In this document: positions 1 through 10,241 of the stretch, piece by piece
How positions within the stretch are numbered: the first letter of the stretch is position 1
Layout of the letters: each line of letters starts with the position of its first letter
Source of the DNA: Candidatus Lutacidiplasma silvani
GTDB lineage: Archaea > Thermoplasmatota > Thermoplasmata > Lutacidiplasmatales > UBA184
Assembly (NCBI GenBank): GCA_022750295.1
Contig: JAKIVZ010000001.1
Coordinates: 133,651 to 197,650, forward strand
Direction of reading: 5' to 3'
Length of the DNA: 64,000 nt
Translations under genes and position numbers: made by a program
The notes under the pieces: model-generated
Seen by the model: only the letters and a program-made list of their open reading frames with translations
Told to the model about the DNA's origin: nothing
Databases searched by the model: none

Positions 1-117
1 ACTCCCCGCTCGTTTGGACGCCCTCGGGTTTCCGTCGTGGGCCTTCGCGGTGGGCGCCGCCCACCCCCCGCGAGAACCGTCGAGCCGCTCGCCCCGGGGC
101 GGTCCGTGACCCCCTCG

Positions 118-891
118 ATGCGGACCGTCGTTCCGGTGGTGGAACGGATCGTCGAGACGCCGAGCACGGTGACCCTTCGATTCGACGAGGCGAGCCGGGC
201 ACGGCCCGGACAGTTCGTGATGGTGTGGGTTCCCGGAGACGACGAACTTCCGATGTCGCTCTCCTACGTGGGCGCCCGAAAGGGGGTCACGGTCAAGGCG
301 ATGGGCGCCACCAGCCGCGGGATCCTTGAGATCTCCGTGGGGGCGCCAATCGGGATCCGGGGACCTTACGGAACCGCGTTCGACGTTGGGGCGCGTCGGA
401 TCCTCCTCGTGGGAGGCGGGTCGGGCACGGCCGTCCTGGCTCCGGCCGCGGAAGCGGCAATGGCGCGGGGGTCCCGCGTGACCGCCGCGCTTGGGGCGAC
501 CACGGCCACCGAGATGCTGTTCGAGGGCCGGCTTAGGACGGCGGGAGCCACGGTCGAATTGGCGACCGACGACGGGACAGCGGGAGAGCGGGGGTATGTG
601 ACCGGCGTGGTCGAGCGCCTCCTCCGGAGCGACCGGTACGACGTCGTCTGGACCTGCGGACCGGAAGTGATGATGCAGAAGGTCGCCGCGGCCGCGGATC
701 TGGCCGGCGTCCCGGTGGTCTTCTCGGTGGAGCGTCACATGAAGTGCGCGGTCGGAATGTGCGATGCGTGCACGCTCGGGCCCTACCACGTCTGCGTGGA
801 CGGACCCGTGTTCCCGGCGGACCGGATCGCCGCGCTCCCCGAGTTCGCCCACCGAAAGCGCGACCCATCCGGACGTTTGGTGCCGACGTAG
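118..891 (+). CDS. pyrK: Dihydroorotate dehydrogenase electron transfer subunit
   Basis: PGQFVMVW FAD-binding motif, GPYG, GGGSG and TCGPE motifs, and a [2Fe-2S] motif MKCAVGMCDAC...VCVDGPVF. Start taken at ATG 118; the frame is open from 37. Confidence 0.88.
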   Translation: MRTVVPVVERIVETPSTVTLRFDEASRARPGQFVMVWVPGDDELPMSLSYVGARKGVTVKAMGATSRGILEISVGAPIGIRGPYGTAFDVGARRILLVGGGSGTAVLAPAAEAAMARGSRVTAALGATTATEMLFEGRLRTAGATVELATDDGTAGERGYVTGVVERLLRSDRYDVVWTCGPEVMMQKVAAAADLAGVPVVFSVERHMKCAVGMCDACTLGPYHVCVDGPVFPADRIAALPEFAHRKRDPSGRLVPT

Positions 892-955
892 GGCGGATTT
901 TTCTCGACGGCGACGCCCGGCGAAGGCTCATAACGAGCGAACCCTAGCCGCGCCT

Positions 956-1663
956 ATGCGAAAGGGCCTGGTCGTCGTCGGCGTCGTCCTGCTGATCATC
1001 GGCGTGCTCGCGGCTGGGCTGACCTTCCAGCTCTCGCAGAGCGCCAACGTCCCCGCCGCCCCGAGCGCGGAGACCGCGACGATGCCCACGCTCGAGGACG
1101 GCTCCGTTACAGTGTCCTGGTCCGGAGGGACGGCGGCGACGGTCCTGGGAGTCTTCTCCGGGACCGGCTGCACCAACGGCCCGGCCGCTCCTCTCGCTTC
1201 CGGTTCGGGGGCCTCGGGCTCGGTGACGGTCTCCGTGACTTCCGGTACGACGTACCAGATCTGCACGACCGCCGGCGGGCCCGTCAGCGCCACGATCCAG
1301 ACGGACGGGTTCGGGATCTTCGTCATCGTCGGCATCGTCCTCGCCGCCATGGGCGCCTTCCTCCTCGTCATCGGCGTCATGGCCCGGCCCCGCACTCGCG
1401 CGGCGCCCGCCGAAGTGGACGCGGCGACCCCCGCGGCCACGGACTCGACCCAGCCGTCGGACGGGTCGATGTCGGACCTTCACGCCCCTCGGGATCCGAC
1501 CGATCAGGGGCACATCATGCAGGCCGCCCCCATCGCCGAGCAGGCGGCCCAGGGGAACCGTGCGATGATCAAGTGCGCGTCGTGCGGCACCCTCAATGAG
1601 CCCTGGCTCCACAACTGCCGTCGCTGCCAGCGGGCGTTGACCACGACCGCCGAGTCGGTCTAA
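956..1663 (+). CDS. Membrane-anchored protein with C-terminal zinc ribbon
   Basis: N-terminal hydrophobic helix, Ser/Thr/Gly-rich domain, second TM helix and CASC...CRRC at the C-terminus. TATA-like AAGGCTCATAA about 25 nt upstream. Confidence 0.7.
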   Translation: MRKGLVVVGVVLLIIGVLAAGLTFQLSQSANVPAAPSAETATMPTLEDGSVTVSWSGGTAATVLGVFSGTGCTNGPAAPLASGSGASGSVTVSVTSGTTYQICTTAGGPVSATIQTDGFGIFVIVGIVLAAMGAFLLVIGVMARPRTRAAPAEVDAATPAATDSTQPSDGSMSDLHAPRDPTDQGHIMQAAPIAEQAAQGNRAMIKCASCGTLNEPWLHNCRRCQRALTTTAESV

Positions 1664-1797
1664 GGGCCCCCCCCGGCCCCCCCGACGTGCCCCCGTCGGC
1701 CCCTGGGCCCTCGAATGGGCGGCCGCCAGCGTCCGGAACGGGCGCGGGTTCCTGCATCCTTTATCTCCGAACCCCGCTCCCCCCCGCGGGGCCGGCC

Positions 1798-3432
1798 ATG
1801 AAGGTGATCGTGGTCAGTGGCGGCGTCATCTCGGGGCTCGGCAAGGGGATCACGACCTCCTCGCTCGGGCGCCTCCTCAAGGCCCGCGGGATCCCCGTCA
1901 CGATCCTGAAGGTCGACCCGTACCTGAACGTCGACGCCGGGACGATGAACCCGTACCAGCACGGCGAGGTGTTCGTGCTGGACGACGGGACCGAGGCGGA
2001 CCTCGACCTCGGGAACTACGAGCGGTTCCTCGGGCAGAGCCTCGTCGGCTCGCACAACCTGACGACCGGCAAGGTCTACCGGACCGTCATCGAGAAGGAG
2101 CGGCGGGGCGACTATCTCGGCAACACCGTTCAGATCATCCCGCACGTCACGGGCGAGATCAAGCGGACGATCCGCGAGGTCGCCCAGGCGTCCGGGGCGG
2201 AGGTCGTCCTCGTCGAGGTCGGTGGGACGGTCGGCGACATCGAATCGATGCCGTTCCTCGAGGCGCTCCGCGAGCTTTCGTACGAGCTCGGCGAGGGCCG
2301 CTGCGCGTTCGTCCACACCACGCTCGTGCCGGTCGTCGGACCGAACAGCGAGGCCAAGACGAAACCGACCCAGCACTCGGTCCGCGAGCTGCGCGCCATC
2401 GGGATCCGCCCGACGCTGATCGTGGCCCGCGGGCCGGCCCCGCTCGCGCCGGACATCAAGGCGAAGATCTCGCTGTTCTGCGACGTTCCCCCCGAGGCGG
2501 TGATCTCAGTCCCGGACCAGTCGACGATCTACGAGGTGCCGCTGGTCCTCGAAGCGCAGGGGGTCGGCCGTCAGCTCACGAAGCTTCTCGGACTCACCGA
2601 CCGCGAACCGGACTACACCGCCTGGAAGGAGTTCCTCGCCACCTACCGGCGCGGCGACGGCGAGATCGAGGTCTCCGTGGTCGGGAAGTACACCGAGCTC
2701 CGCGACGCCTACCTCTCCCATATCGAGGCGTTCCACCACGTCCAAGGACGACTCGGCGTCACGATCCACCTGAAGTGGTACGACGCGGAGGATCTGCCGA
2801 GGGACCCGGCGGCGCTCGCCCGGGTCGCCCGCTCCGACGCGATCCTCGTCCCCGGCGGCTTCGGGGCCCGCGGCGTCGAGGGCAAGATGCTCGCGATCTC
2901 CGCCGCCCGTGAAGGCGGCATCCCGTTCCTGGGCGTCTGTTACGGGTTCCAGATGGCGGCGATCGAGTTCGCCCGGAACGTCCTCGCCTTGCCGCAGGCG
3001 AACACGACCGAGGTCGAGCCGCACACCCCCGACCCGGTGGTCTGCCTCCTCGAGGACCAGAAGACTCTCGCCACGATGGGCGGGACGATGCGCCTCGGCG
3101 CGCTCAAGGTCACCCTCACCGAGGAATCCCGGATCGCGCAGATCTACGGCCGGACCGAGCTGTTCGAGCGGCACCGCCACCGGTACGAGATCAACCCGGC
3201 GTACCTCGACCGGTTCCGCGAGCACGGCCTGCGGGTCACCGGACGGTCGCACGACGGCCGGGTGGAGGTCCTCGAACTGCCCGACCATCCGTTCTTCTTC
3301 GGGGTCCAGTTCCACCCGGAGTTCCTCTCCCGCCCCGAGGCGCCCCACCCCCTCTACCTCGAGCTCGTGAAGGCCGCGCTCGCGCGCAAGGGGGTGGCGG
3401 CCGATGTCGCTCCCACGCCGGCTCGCGCGTGA
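1798..3432 (+). CDS. pyrG: CTP synthase
   Basis: GGVISGLGKG, KVDPYLNVDAGTMNPYQHGEVFV, KTKPTQ, GVCYG and QFHPEF motifs. Confidence 0.98.
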   Translation: MKVIVVSGGVISGLGKGITTSSLGRLLKARGIPVTILKVDPYLNVDAGTMNPYQHGEVFVLDDGTEADLDLGNYERFLGQSLVGSHNLTTGKVYRTVIEKERRGDYLGNTVQIIPHVTGEIKRTIREVAQASGAEVVLVEVGGTVGDIESMPFLEALRELSYELGEGRCAFVHTTLVPVVGPNSEAKTKPTQHSVRELRAIGIRPTLIVARGPAPLAPDIKAKISLFCDVPPEAVISVPDQSTIYEVPLVLEAQGVGRQLTKLLGLTDREPDYTAWKEFLATYRRGDGEIEVSVVGKYTELRDAYLSHIEAFHHVQGRLGVTIHLKWYDAEDLPRDPAALARVARSDAILVPGGFGARGVEGKMLAISAAREGGIPFLGVCYGFQMAAIEFARNVLALPQANTTEVEPHTPDPVVCLLEDQKTLATMGGTMRLGALKVTLTEESRIAQIYGRTELFERHRHRYEINPAYLDRFREHGLRVTGRSHDGRVEVLELPDHPFFFGVQFHPEFLSRPEAPHPLYLELVKAALARKGVAADVAPTPARA

Positions 3433-4714
3433 ACTGAAGGCGCTGGACGGCGAGACCGTCCGGATCGGGGGCCATCTCGAGGATTATCGGGCCCTCGGCG
3501 GGGTCGCGTTCGCGGTCGTCCGCGACGGCTCGGGGTCGACCCAGGTCACGCTGAAGAAAGGCGTCGCCGACCCCGCGCTGTTCGCCCTCTTCGAGACCAC
3601 CCCGCGCGAGTCGGTCGTCGAGGTCGAGGGGGTCGCCCGGCGGTCGGAGAAGTCGAACCGGGGGGTCGAGCTGTTCCCGACGGCCGTCCGCGTTGTGACG
3701 GCCGCGGAGGTCCCGCTCCCGCTCGGCGTCGTCGACAAGGTCGGCGCCGACCTCGACACCCGGCTCAACCACCGGGTCCTCGACCTCCGGAAGCCGGCGG
3801 TCCGGGCCGTCTTCGAGCTCCGCGCGGCGGTGCTCGACGGATTCCGGGCGGCGTTCCGGTCCCTCGGGTTCGTGGAGGTCGAAACCCCGAAGATCCTCCG
3901 CCAGGGCGCCGAGGGCGGCGCGACCCTGTTCCCCGTCGACTACTTCGGAGGCCGGGCGTTCCTCGCCCAGAGTCCGCAACTGTACAAGCAGATGCTGATG
4001 GCCGCGGACTTCGAGCGGGTGTTCGAGATCGCCCCCGCGTTCCGGGCGGAGCCGTCCGACACGATCCGCCACATCACGGAGTTCTCGAGCCTCGACGGAG
4101 AGATGGCGTTCATCGATTCGGCGGAGGACCTCCGGGTCACCCTCGAGGAGGCGGTGGCCCGGACGATCGCCCACGCGCGGACCCGGCTCACCGAGACCGG
4201 GAACCCGCTCGTGCCGAAGCTCGCCGACCCGCCGAGACCGTTCCCCAGGATCCCGTTCGCGACCGTTTCGGAGTGGCTTGGCCGCCCCGGCGCCGAGATC
4301 GACCTCGGGACGGAGGACGAGAAGCGGCTCGGGGAGATCGTCCAGCAGAAGCTCGGGGTCCCGCTGTACTACATCACCGACTTCCCGACGTCGATCAAGG
4401 CCGGGACCTTCTACGCCCGGCGGCAGGATGCGAACCCCGCCCTGACGGAGTACTTCGACCTCGGATTCTCCGGGATCGAGATCGCGAGCGGGGGGCCCCG
4501 CGAGCACCGGGTCGACCGGCTCCTCGCGAACATGGCGTCGGCCGGCGTCGACCCCGCGAGCTTCGCCGGCTACCTCGAGGCGTTCCGGTTCGGGATGCCG
4601 CCCCATGGCGGCTGGGGGTTCGGGATCGACCGGTTCACCTGGATGCTCGCAGGGGTCCCCAATATCCGTGAGACGCGCCTCTTCCCCCGCGACCGCTACC
4701 GGCTCGAGCCGTAG
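3404..4714 (+). CDS. aspS: Aspartyl-tRNA synthetase (archaeal type)
   Basis: OB-fold N-terminus, LAQSPQLYKQ, FRAE, PPHGGWGFGIDR and LFPRD motifs. Confidence 0.95.
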   Translation: MSLPRRLARELKALDGETVRIGGHLEDYRALGGVAFAVVRDGSGSTQVTLKKGVADPALFALFETTPRESVVEVEGVARRSEKSNRGVELFPTAVRVVTAAEVPLPLGVVDKVGADLDTRLNHRVLDLRKPAVRAVFELRAAVLDGFRAAFRSLGFVEVETPKILRQGAEGGATLFPVDYFGGRAFLAQSPQLYKQMLMAADFERVFEIAPAFRAEPSDTIRHITEFSSLDGEMAFIDSAEDLRVTLEEAVARTIAHARTRLTETGNPLVPKLADPPRPFPRIPFATVSEWLGRPGAEIDLGTEDEKRLGEIVQQKLGVPLYYITDFPTSIKAGTFYARRQDANPALTEYFDLGFSGIEIASGGPREHRVDRLLANMASAGVDPASFAGYLEAFRFGMPPHGGWGFGIDRFTWMLAGVPNIRETRLFPRDRYRLEP

Positions 4715-4722
4715 GAGGTCCC

Positions 4723-6852
4723 GTGGTCACCGCAGGACGCTCGCTCACCGACCGCATCGACCTCGTCGGCCGGTGGGCCGCCATCCTCGAGGAGGCGGAG
4801 CTGCGCCCCCGGATCCTCGAGCTCGCCGACCGGTTCCCCGAGGAGCGGTCGCTCGAAGTCCCGTTCTCGGCCATCGAGTCGGCCGACCTCGGCCTCGCCG
4901 ACCTCGTCCTCGACCGGCCCGAGGACACGATCGCGGCCGGCATCCGCGCCATGCGGGAGCTGATCCCGGCGGCCAGCCCCGAGACCGAGGGGCTCCGGAT
5001 GCGCGTCATCGGCCTCCCGCCGACGGCCCGAAAATCGATCCGGGGGATTCGGGAAGCCGACCTGAACCAATTCATCGCGCTCGACGGGATCGTCCGGAAG
5101 GCGACGGAGGTCCGGCCCCAGATCCGGGAGGCGGTCTTCTCGTGCCTCGCGTGCCGGGCCGAGATCCGGGAACCGCAGGACGACGGGGCAACGGTGTTCC
5201 GCGAGCCGCTCGAGTGCCCGACGTCCCAGGGCGGATGCGGAAAACCCGCCGGACGGACCCGGTTCCGCCTCATGCCCGAGAAGTCGACGTACATCGACTC
5301 CCAGCGGATCGAGGTCCAGGAGAACCCGGAGACCCTGAAGGGAGGGGCCCACCCGCAGGGGATGTCGGTCCTGCTGACCGAGGACCTCACGGGGAAGGTG
5401 TTCCCGGGGAACCGGGTCGTCCTCAACGGGATCCTGAAGAGCCAGCAGCGGGCGACGGCCTCCCGGTCCGGGATCGTCCGGAGCACGACGTTCGACCTGA
5501 TCCTCCTCGGCAACTCGATCGAGTACAAGCAGCGGGAGTACGACGAGATCGAGATCTCGGAGGAGGAGGAGAAGACGATCCTCGCGTTCCGCGGCGACCC
5601 GACGGTCGTCGACAAGGTCGTCCTCTCGCTCGCCCCGACGATCAAGGGGATGGAGGAGGAGAAGGAGGCGATCGCCCTCCAGCTCTTCGGCGGCGTCGAG
5701 AAGCACCAGCCGGACGGCGTCCGGATCCGCGGCGACATCCATGTCCTCCTCGTCGGGGACCCGGGCACCGCGAAGAGCCAGCTCCTCCGGTACGTCGCCG
5801 ACGTCGCGCCGCGCGGGATCTACACGAGCGGCAAGGGGGCGACCGCCGCGGGCCTGACCGCCGCCGCCGTCAAGGACGACTTCGGAGGCGGACGGTGGAT
5901 GCTCGAAGCCGGGATGCTCGTCCTCGCCGACGGCGGCATCGCGGTCGTCGACGAGCTCGACAAGATGACCCCGGAGGACCGATCGGCGATGCACGAGGCG
6001 CTCGAACAGCAGACCGTCAGCATCGCGAAGGCCGGCATCACCGCCACGTTGAACGCCCGGTGTCCCGTCCTCGCTGCGGCGAACCCGAAATGGGGCCGGT
6101 TCAACGCCGACAAGGGGATCTCCGAGCAGCTCGACCTTCCCCCTACCCTCCTCTCCCGGTTCGACGTCATCTATTCGATCCGCGACCATCCGGAAGAGAA
6201 GCGCGACCGGTTCCTCGCGAACCGGATCCTCCTCTCCCACCAGGCGGGCGAGGCGATGAACGTCGGCCCGAAGACGGGGGGGGCGCTCCTCCACGCGTCC
6301 GAGGGGGCGCCGTTCCCGCCGGACCTTCTGCGGAAGTACATCGCCTACGCCCGGCGGAACACCCGCCCGGTCCTCTCGAACGACGCGCTCCGGGTGATCG
6401 AGGACTTCTACGTCCGCGTCCGGAAACAGGGCGAGGAACCGGACGCCCCGGTCCCGATCACCGCCCGGCAGCTGGAGGCGCTCGTCCGGCTCAGCGAGGC
6501 GGCGGCGCGGGCGCGCCTCTCGAACATCGTGAGCGTCGAGGACGCCGAACGGGCGACGCGGATCGTCGCCGGTTTCCTCGCCCGGGTGACGACGACCGAA
6601 GGACGACCGGACATCGACGCGATCGCGACCGGCGTCACCCACAACCAGCGCGAGCGGGTCGAGCGGCTCCAGGAGCTGATGCGGGAGCTGCAGGAGACGA
6701 GCGGCGGCACGTTCGACCTCTCCCAGTTGAAGAGCGAGGCCGAGCGGCGGGGGATCCCCCCGAACCGCGTCGACGCCCTGTTCACGATGCTCCGCAACCA
6801 GGGCGAGCTCGCCGAGACGCGGCCCGGCCGCTGGCAGTTGATCCGGTTCTGA
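4723..6852 (+). CDS. mcm: Replicative helicase MCM
   Basis: C4 zinc finger, Walker A GDPGTAKSQ, VDELDKM Walker B, SRFD arginine finger, ITARQLEAL and C-terminal wHTH. No intein. Confidence 0.97.
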   Translation: MVTAGRSLTDRIDLVGRWAAILEEAELRPRILELADRFPEERSLEVPFSAIESADLGLADLVLDRPEDTIAAGIRAMRELIPAASPETEGLRMRVIGLPPTARKSIRGIREADLNQFIALDGIVRKATEVRPQIREAVFSCLACRAEIREPQDDGATVFREPLECPTSQGGCGKPAGRTRFRLMPEKSTYIDSQRIEVQENPETLKGGAHPQGMSVLLTEDLTGKVFPGNRVVLNGILKSQQRATASRSGIVRSTTFDLILLGNSIEYKQREYDEIEISEEEEKTILAFRGDPTVVDKVVLSLAPTIKGMEEEKEAIALQLFGGVEKHQPDGVRIRGDIHVLLVGDPGTAKSQLLRYVADVAPRGIYTSGKGATAAGLTAAAVKDDFGGGRWMLEAGMLVLADGGIAVVDELDKMTPEDRSAMHEALEQQTVSIAKAGITATLNARCPVLAAANPKWGRFNADKGISEQLDLPPTLLSRFDVIYSIRDHPEEKRDRFLANRILLSHQAGEAMNVGPKTGGALLHASEGAPFPPDLLRKYIAYARRNTRPVLSNDALRVIEDFYVRVRKQGEEPDAPVPITARQLEALVRLSEAAARARLSNIVSVEDAERATRIVAGFLARVTTTEGRPDIDAIATGVTHNQRERVERLQELMRELQETSGGTFDLSQLKSEAERRGIPPNRVDALFTMLRNQGELAETRPGRWQLIRF

Positions 6853-6931
6853 ACCCCGGGCCCGGTGCGGGCGCCGTTCGCGCAGTCCTGATAACCCCCC
6901 CGCGGCATCGATTGCGGGCGGAGGGCGTTCC

Positions 6932-7249
6932 GTGTCGGACGAGATCGTGATGCGGGTGCACCGGGTGCGCGCCGAGGTCGTGGTCGCGGCCTGCGACGCG
7001 GACCTGATCGGCCGCGAGCTCCCCGTGGGAACGAACGGTCGGACCGTGCCGGTGACGTCGTACTTCTACGGCGAGCGGAAGGTCACCGAGGAGGAGCTCG
7101 TCTGGGCGCTCCATCGCGCCACGACGGCGAACCTCCTCGGCCCTCGAGTCCTCGCGATCGCCCAGGAAGCCGGGTTCGTCGGACCGTCGGGGATCGGAAC
7201 GCTCGGCGGGGTTCCCCACGCCGAGATCTTCGCGATGTCGACGGAGTGA
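6932..7249 (+). CDS. DUF424 family protein
   Basis: VVAACDADLIG...FYG...ANLLG...GVPHA pattern typical of archaeal DUF424. Confidence 0.8.
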   Translation: MSDEIVMRVHRVRAEVVVAACDADLIGRELPVGTNGRTVPVTSYFYGERKVTEEELVWALHRATTANLLGPRVLAIAQEAGFVGPSGIGTLGGVPHAEIFAMSTE

Positions 7250-8001
7250 GCCGGCGGGGGAACGGACCGATGGGTACCGAGTTCTGCGTCGTCTGCGGCC
7301 GCTCCGACGTCCCCACCGTCGAGGGGGTCTGCGCCACCTGCTTCGCGAAGCGGACGACCCTCGTCCACGTCGAGGGACGACCGGTCGTCACGATCTGCCC
7401 CACGTGCGGCGCCCGGAAGACCGGGCAGGTCTGGGACCGGCGAGGCGCCTCGACGCTCCTCTCCCCGGAGGACCTGACCCCATTCCTCACGGTCCACCCC
7501 GAGGTCGGGATCCGGAAGATCCACTGGAGCGAGGGGGGGCAGAACCCCCTGATGCGGGACCTCGAGGCCGACGTCGAGCTCGTCTTCCGGGACGAGCGCC
7601 GGACCGAACACCTCCGGTTCGAGGTCAAGATCGAGCACCGGACCTGCACCGAGTGCAGCCGGAGGTCCGGCCACTTCTACACGGCCGTGATCCAGCTCCG
7701 GGCGAAGCTCGACGACCCGCCGGAGAAGGCCCGGGAGCTCCGCGAACGGCTCGAAAAGCAGTGGGAACGGATCATGCCCGAGGCCCGAAAGAACTGGAAG
7801 GAGGCGCTCTCGTGGAAGGAGGAGCTTCCCGAGGGGTGGGACATCTACGTCACCGACACGCTCGCCGCCCGCTCGATCGCCCGGCTCGGGAAGTCCCGGC
7901 TCGGTGGAACCCTGAAGGAATCGGCGACGCTCTGGGGCCGGAAGAACGGGCAGGACGTCTACCGCGTCACGCTCTGCCTCCGCGTCCCGCACGACGCGTA
8001 G
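7246..8001 (+). CDS. nmd3: NMD3 family ribosome export/maturation protein
   Basis: Four CxxC pairs plus CTECSRRSGHFYTAVIQLR. Alternative start at ATG 7270. Confidence 0.85.
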   Translation: MSRRGNGPMGTEFCVVCGRSDVPTVEGVCATCFAKRTTLVHVEGRPVVTICPTCGARKTGQVWDRRGASTLLSPEDLTPFLTVHPEVGIRKIHWSEGGQNPLMRDLEADVELVFRDERRTEHLRFEVKIEHRTCTECSRRSGHFYTAVIQLRAKLDDPPEKARELRERLEKQWERIMPEARKNWKEALSWKEELPEGWDIYVTDTLAARSIARLGKSRLGGTLKESATLWGRKNGQDVYRVTLCLRVPHDA

Positions 8002-8093
8002 CCCCGGTTTCCCGTCGACGGGGCGACCCGTCGAACGGCAGGCTTAAAAGGCGACCCCCCCTCGGAACCGTCGGACGGGAGCGGATCCGGTCG

Positions 8094-8468
8094 ATGATGA
8101 AGAGAAGCGGTCTCCTACGGCGTCACCACGGCAGCGACACCCTGGAAGAGGGCACGTTCCTCGACCTCGGCACGATGGGATTCGAGGAAGAGGGCGGCGT
8201 CGCCACCCGCGGTTCGATCCGGCTCGCCGAGGTGCTGCGGTACGACGACATCCGGGCCGCGTCGAAGCTCGCCTACCAGGGCGACATCGTGATCATCGAC
8301 TACACGTCGGTCGCGAACGACCAGAACACGATCCGCCGGATGAGCATCGATTTGAAGAACGTCGCGAAGGACGTCAACGGCGACGTGGCGGGGATCGCGA
8401 AGAACCTGATCGCGCTCACGCCCGCGGGCATCCGTATCGACCGCCAGAAGATCCGCCCGTCGTTCTAG
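8094..8468 (+). CDS. sepF: Cell division protein SepF (archaeal DUF552)
   Basis: GDIVIIDY...DLKNVAKDVNGDVAGI...LTPAGIRIDRQK pattern. The ORF-track extension back to 7404 is a shadow of nmd3. Confidence 0.85.
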   Translation: MMKRSGLLRRHHGSDTLEEGTFLDLGTMGFEEEGGVATRGSIRLAEVLRYDDIRAASKLAYQGDIVIIDYTSVANDQNTIRRMSIDLKNVAKDVNGDVAGIAKNLIALTPAGIRIDRQKIRPSF

Positions 8469-8485
8469 CCGTCCGGTCGAACCGG

Positions 8486-10006
8486 ATGAAGCTCGCCCTC
8501 GACCGCCGCGACGCCACCGTCGGCTCGATCGACGCCTCCGTCAGCGGCGTCTTCCAGCGCGGCGAGAAGGACGAATCGCTCCCCCGGACCCTCCAGAAGG
8601 AGGACGCCGTCACCGGCGGCCTCGTCACCGGGGCGTGGAACCGCCGCGAGATCCGCGGCCGCAAGCGCGAGATCACCGTGATCCACCGGCCCGATGGGAA
8701 GGGCCGGGTCCTCCTCGTCGGGCTCGGCGTCCGCGCCGAGGCGACCCACGAGACGGTCCGGAGGGCGGCCGCCGAGGTCGTGAAGGCGCTCAAGGGCCGG
8801 GGGGCCCGGACCGTCGGATTCCGATTGACGTCGTTCGTCGCGGAGGGGGTCCCCTCCGATGCCGCCGCCGAAGCGCTCGTCGAGGGCGCCGCGCTCGGCG
8901 CCTACGAATTCCTCCGCTACAAGACCAAGACCGACGGCGGCGTCGAAGAGGCGACCGTCTTCCTCGGCGAGGAGCACGGCCGCGAGGAAGCGGCGCTCCG
9001 GCGCCGGATCGACCGCGCCTCGACGATGACCGAGACCGTCGTGTGGACCCGGGACGTCGCGAACCTCCCGGCCGACGTCGCGTCTCCCGAACGGCTCGGG
9101 GAGGAGGCGCTGCGGCTCGGCAAGGACCTCGACCTCAAGGTCCAGGTCTTTGACGAGAAGAAACTCGCTGAGCTGAAGTGCGGCGGGATCCTCGCCGTCG
9201 GCGGCGGGTCCACGGCGCACCCTCCCCGGATGATCGTCGTCGAGTACCCCGGCGGGGCCCGGTCCGGGAAGACCGTCGCGCTCGTCGGCAAGGGGATCAC
9301 GTTCGACTCCGGCGGGATCTCGATCAAGCCGGCGCCCGCGATGGGCGAGATGAAATTCGACAAGTGCGGGGCCGTCGCCGTTCTCGGGATCGTCCGCGCG
9401 GCGGCGCTCCTGAAGGTCCCCTCGCGCGTCATCGGCGTCCTCGCCTGCGCCGAGAACGTGCCGAGCGGCACCTCGTACCGCCCGGGCGACGTCGTCCGGT
9501 CGTACGGCGGCCAAACGATGGAGATCCTGAACACCGACGCGGAAGGACGCGTCGTTCTGTCCGACGCCCTCTCCTACGCGATCGACAAGTACCACCCCGA
9601 CGAGGTGATCGACCTCGCGACCCTGACCGGCGCCCAAGTGGTCGCCCTGGGGGACGACACGGGGGCCCTCATCTCCAACGACGACCGGCTCGCGCAGGGA
9701 CTCCTCGAGGCCTCGAAGCGCACCGGCGAACCGCTCTGGCGGATGCCGCTCACCGACTACCACCGCGAGCTCGTCAAGAGCGACATCGCGGACGTCCGCA
9801 ACCACACCGAGATCCCGGTCGCCGGGATGCTCCAGGCCGCGGCGTTCCTCGAGACGTTCGTGGGGAAGACCCCGTGGGCCCACCTCGACATCGCCGGCGC
9901 GTCGTACACCACCGCGACGACGCGGAAGTGGCAGCCCGCCTACCAGTGCATCGGCGCGACCGCGTTCGCCGTCCGCACGGTCGCCACCTATCTCGAGGGC
10001 CGCTAG
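8486..10006 (+). CDS. pepA: Leucyl aminopeptidase (M17)
   Basis: VGKGITFDSGG, MKFDKCG, NTDAEGR, DLATLTGA and WAHLDIAG motifs. Confidence 0.96.
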   Translation: MKLALDRRDATVGSIDASVSGVFQRGEKDESLPRTLQKEDAVTGGLVTGAWNRREIRGRKREITVIHRPDGKGRVLLVGLGVRAEATHETVRRAAAEVVKALKGRGARTVGFRLTSFVAEGVPSDAAAEALVEGAALGAYEFLRYKTKTDGGVEEATVFLGEEHGREEAALRRRIDRASTMTETVVWTRDVANLPADVASPERLGEEALRLGKDLDLKVQVFDEKKLAELKCGGILAVGGGSTAHPPRMIVVEYPGGARSGKTVALVGKGITFDSGGISIKPAPAMGEMKFDKCGAVAVLGIVRAAALLKVPSRVIGVLACAENVPSGTSYRPGDVVRSYGGQTMEILNTDAEGRVVLSDALSYAIDKYHPDEVIDLATLTGAQVVALGDDTGALISNDDRLAQGLLEASKRTGEPLWRMPLTDYHRELVKSDIADVRNHTEIPVAGMLQAAAFLETFVGKTPWAHLDIAGASYTTATTRKWQPAYQCIGATAFAVRTVATYLEGR

Positions 10007-10241
10007 GCGCGCATCTCCCGCGCGCGGGCCCGGCCGCCCGGGGCCGTGTCGATTTCGTCCGGAGCCTCCCGACATCCCACCGGTTCTCAATCCCGAACTG
10101 GGGTGCGTCCGGACCCCCGAGGGGTCGACGCAATCCTCAGTACCCATCGCCCCTCTTCCGCCGCGAGGCCCGGCCTCAGGTACGCCCACGACGGAAGGTC
10201 CGATCGGAGCTCCGGCCGGATCGCCATCTCGGATTCGTCCC

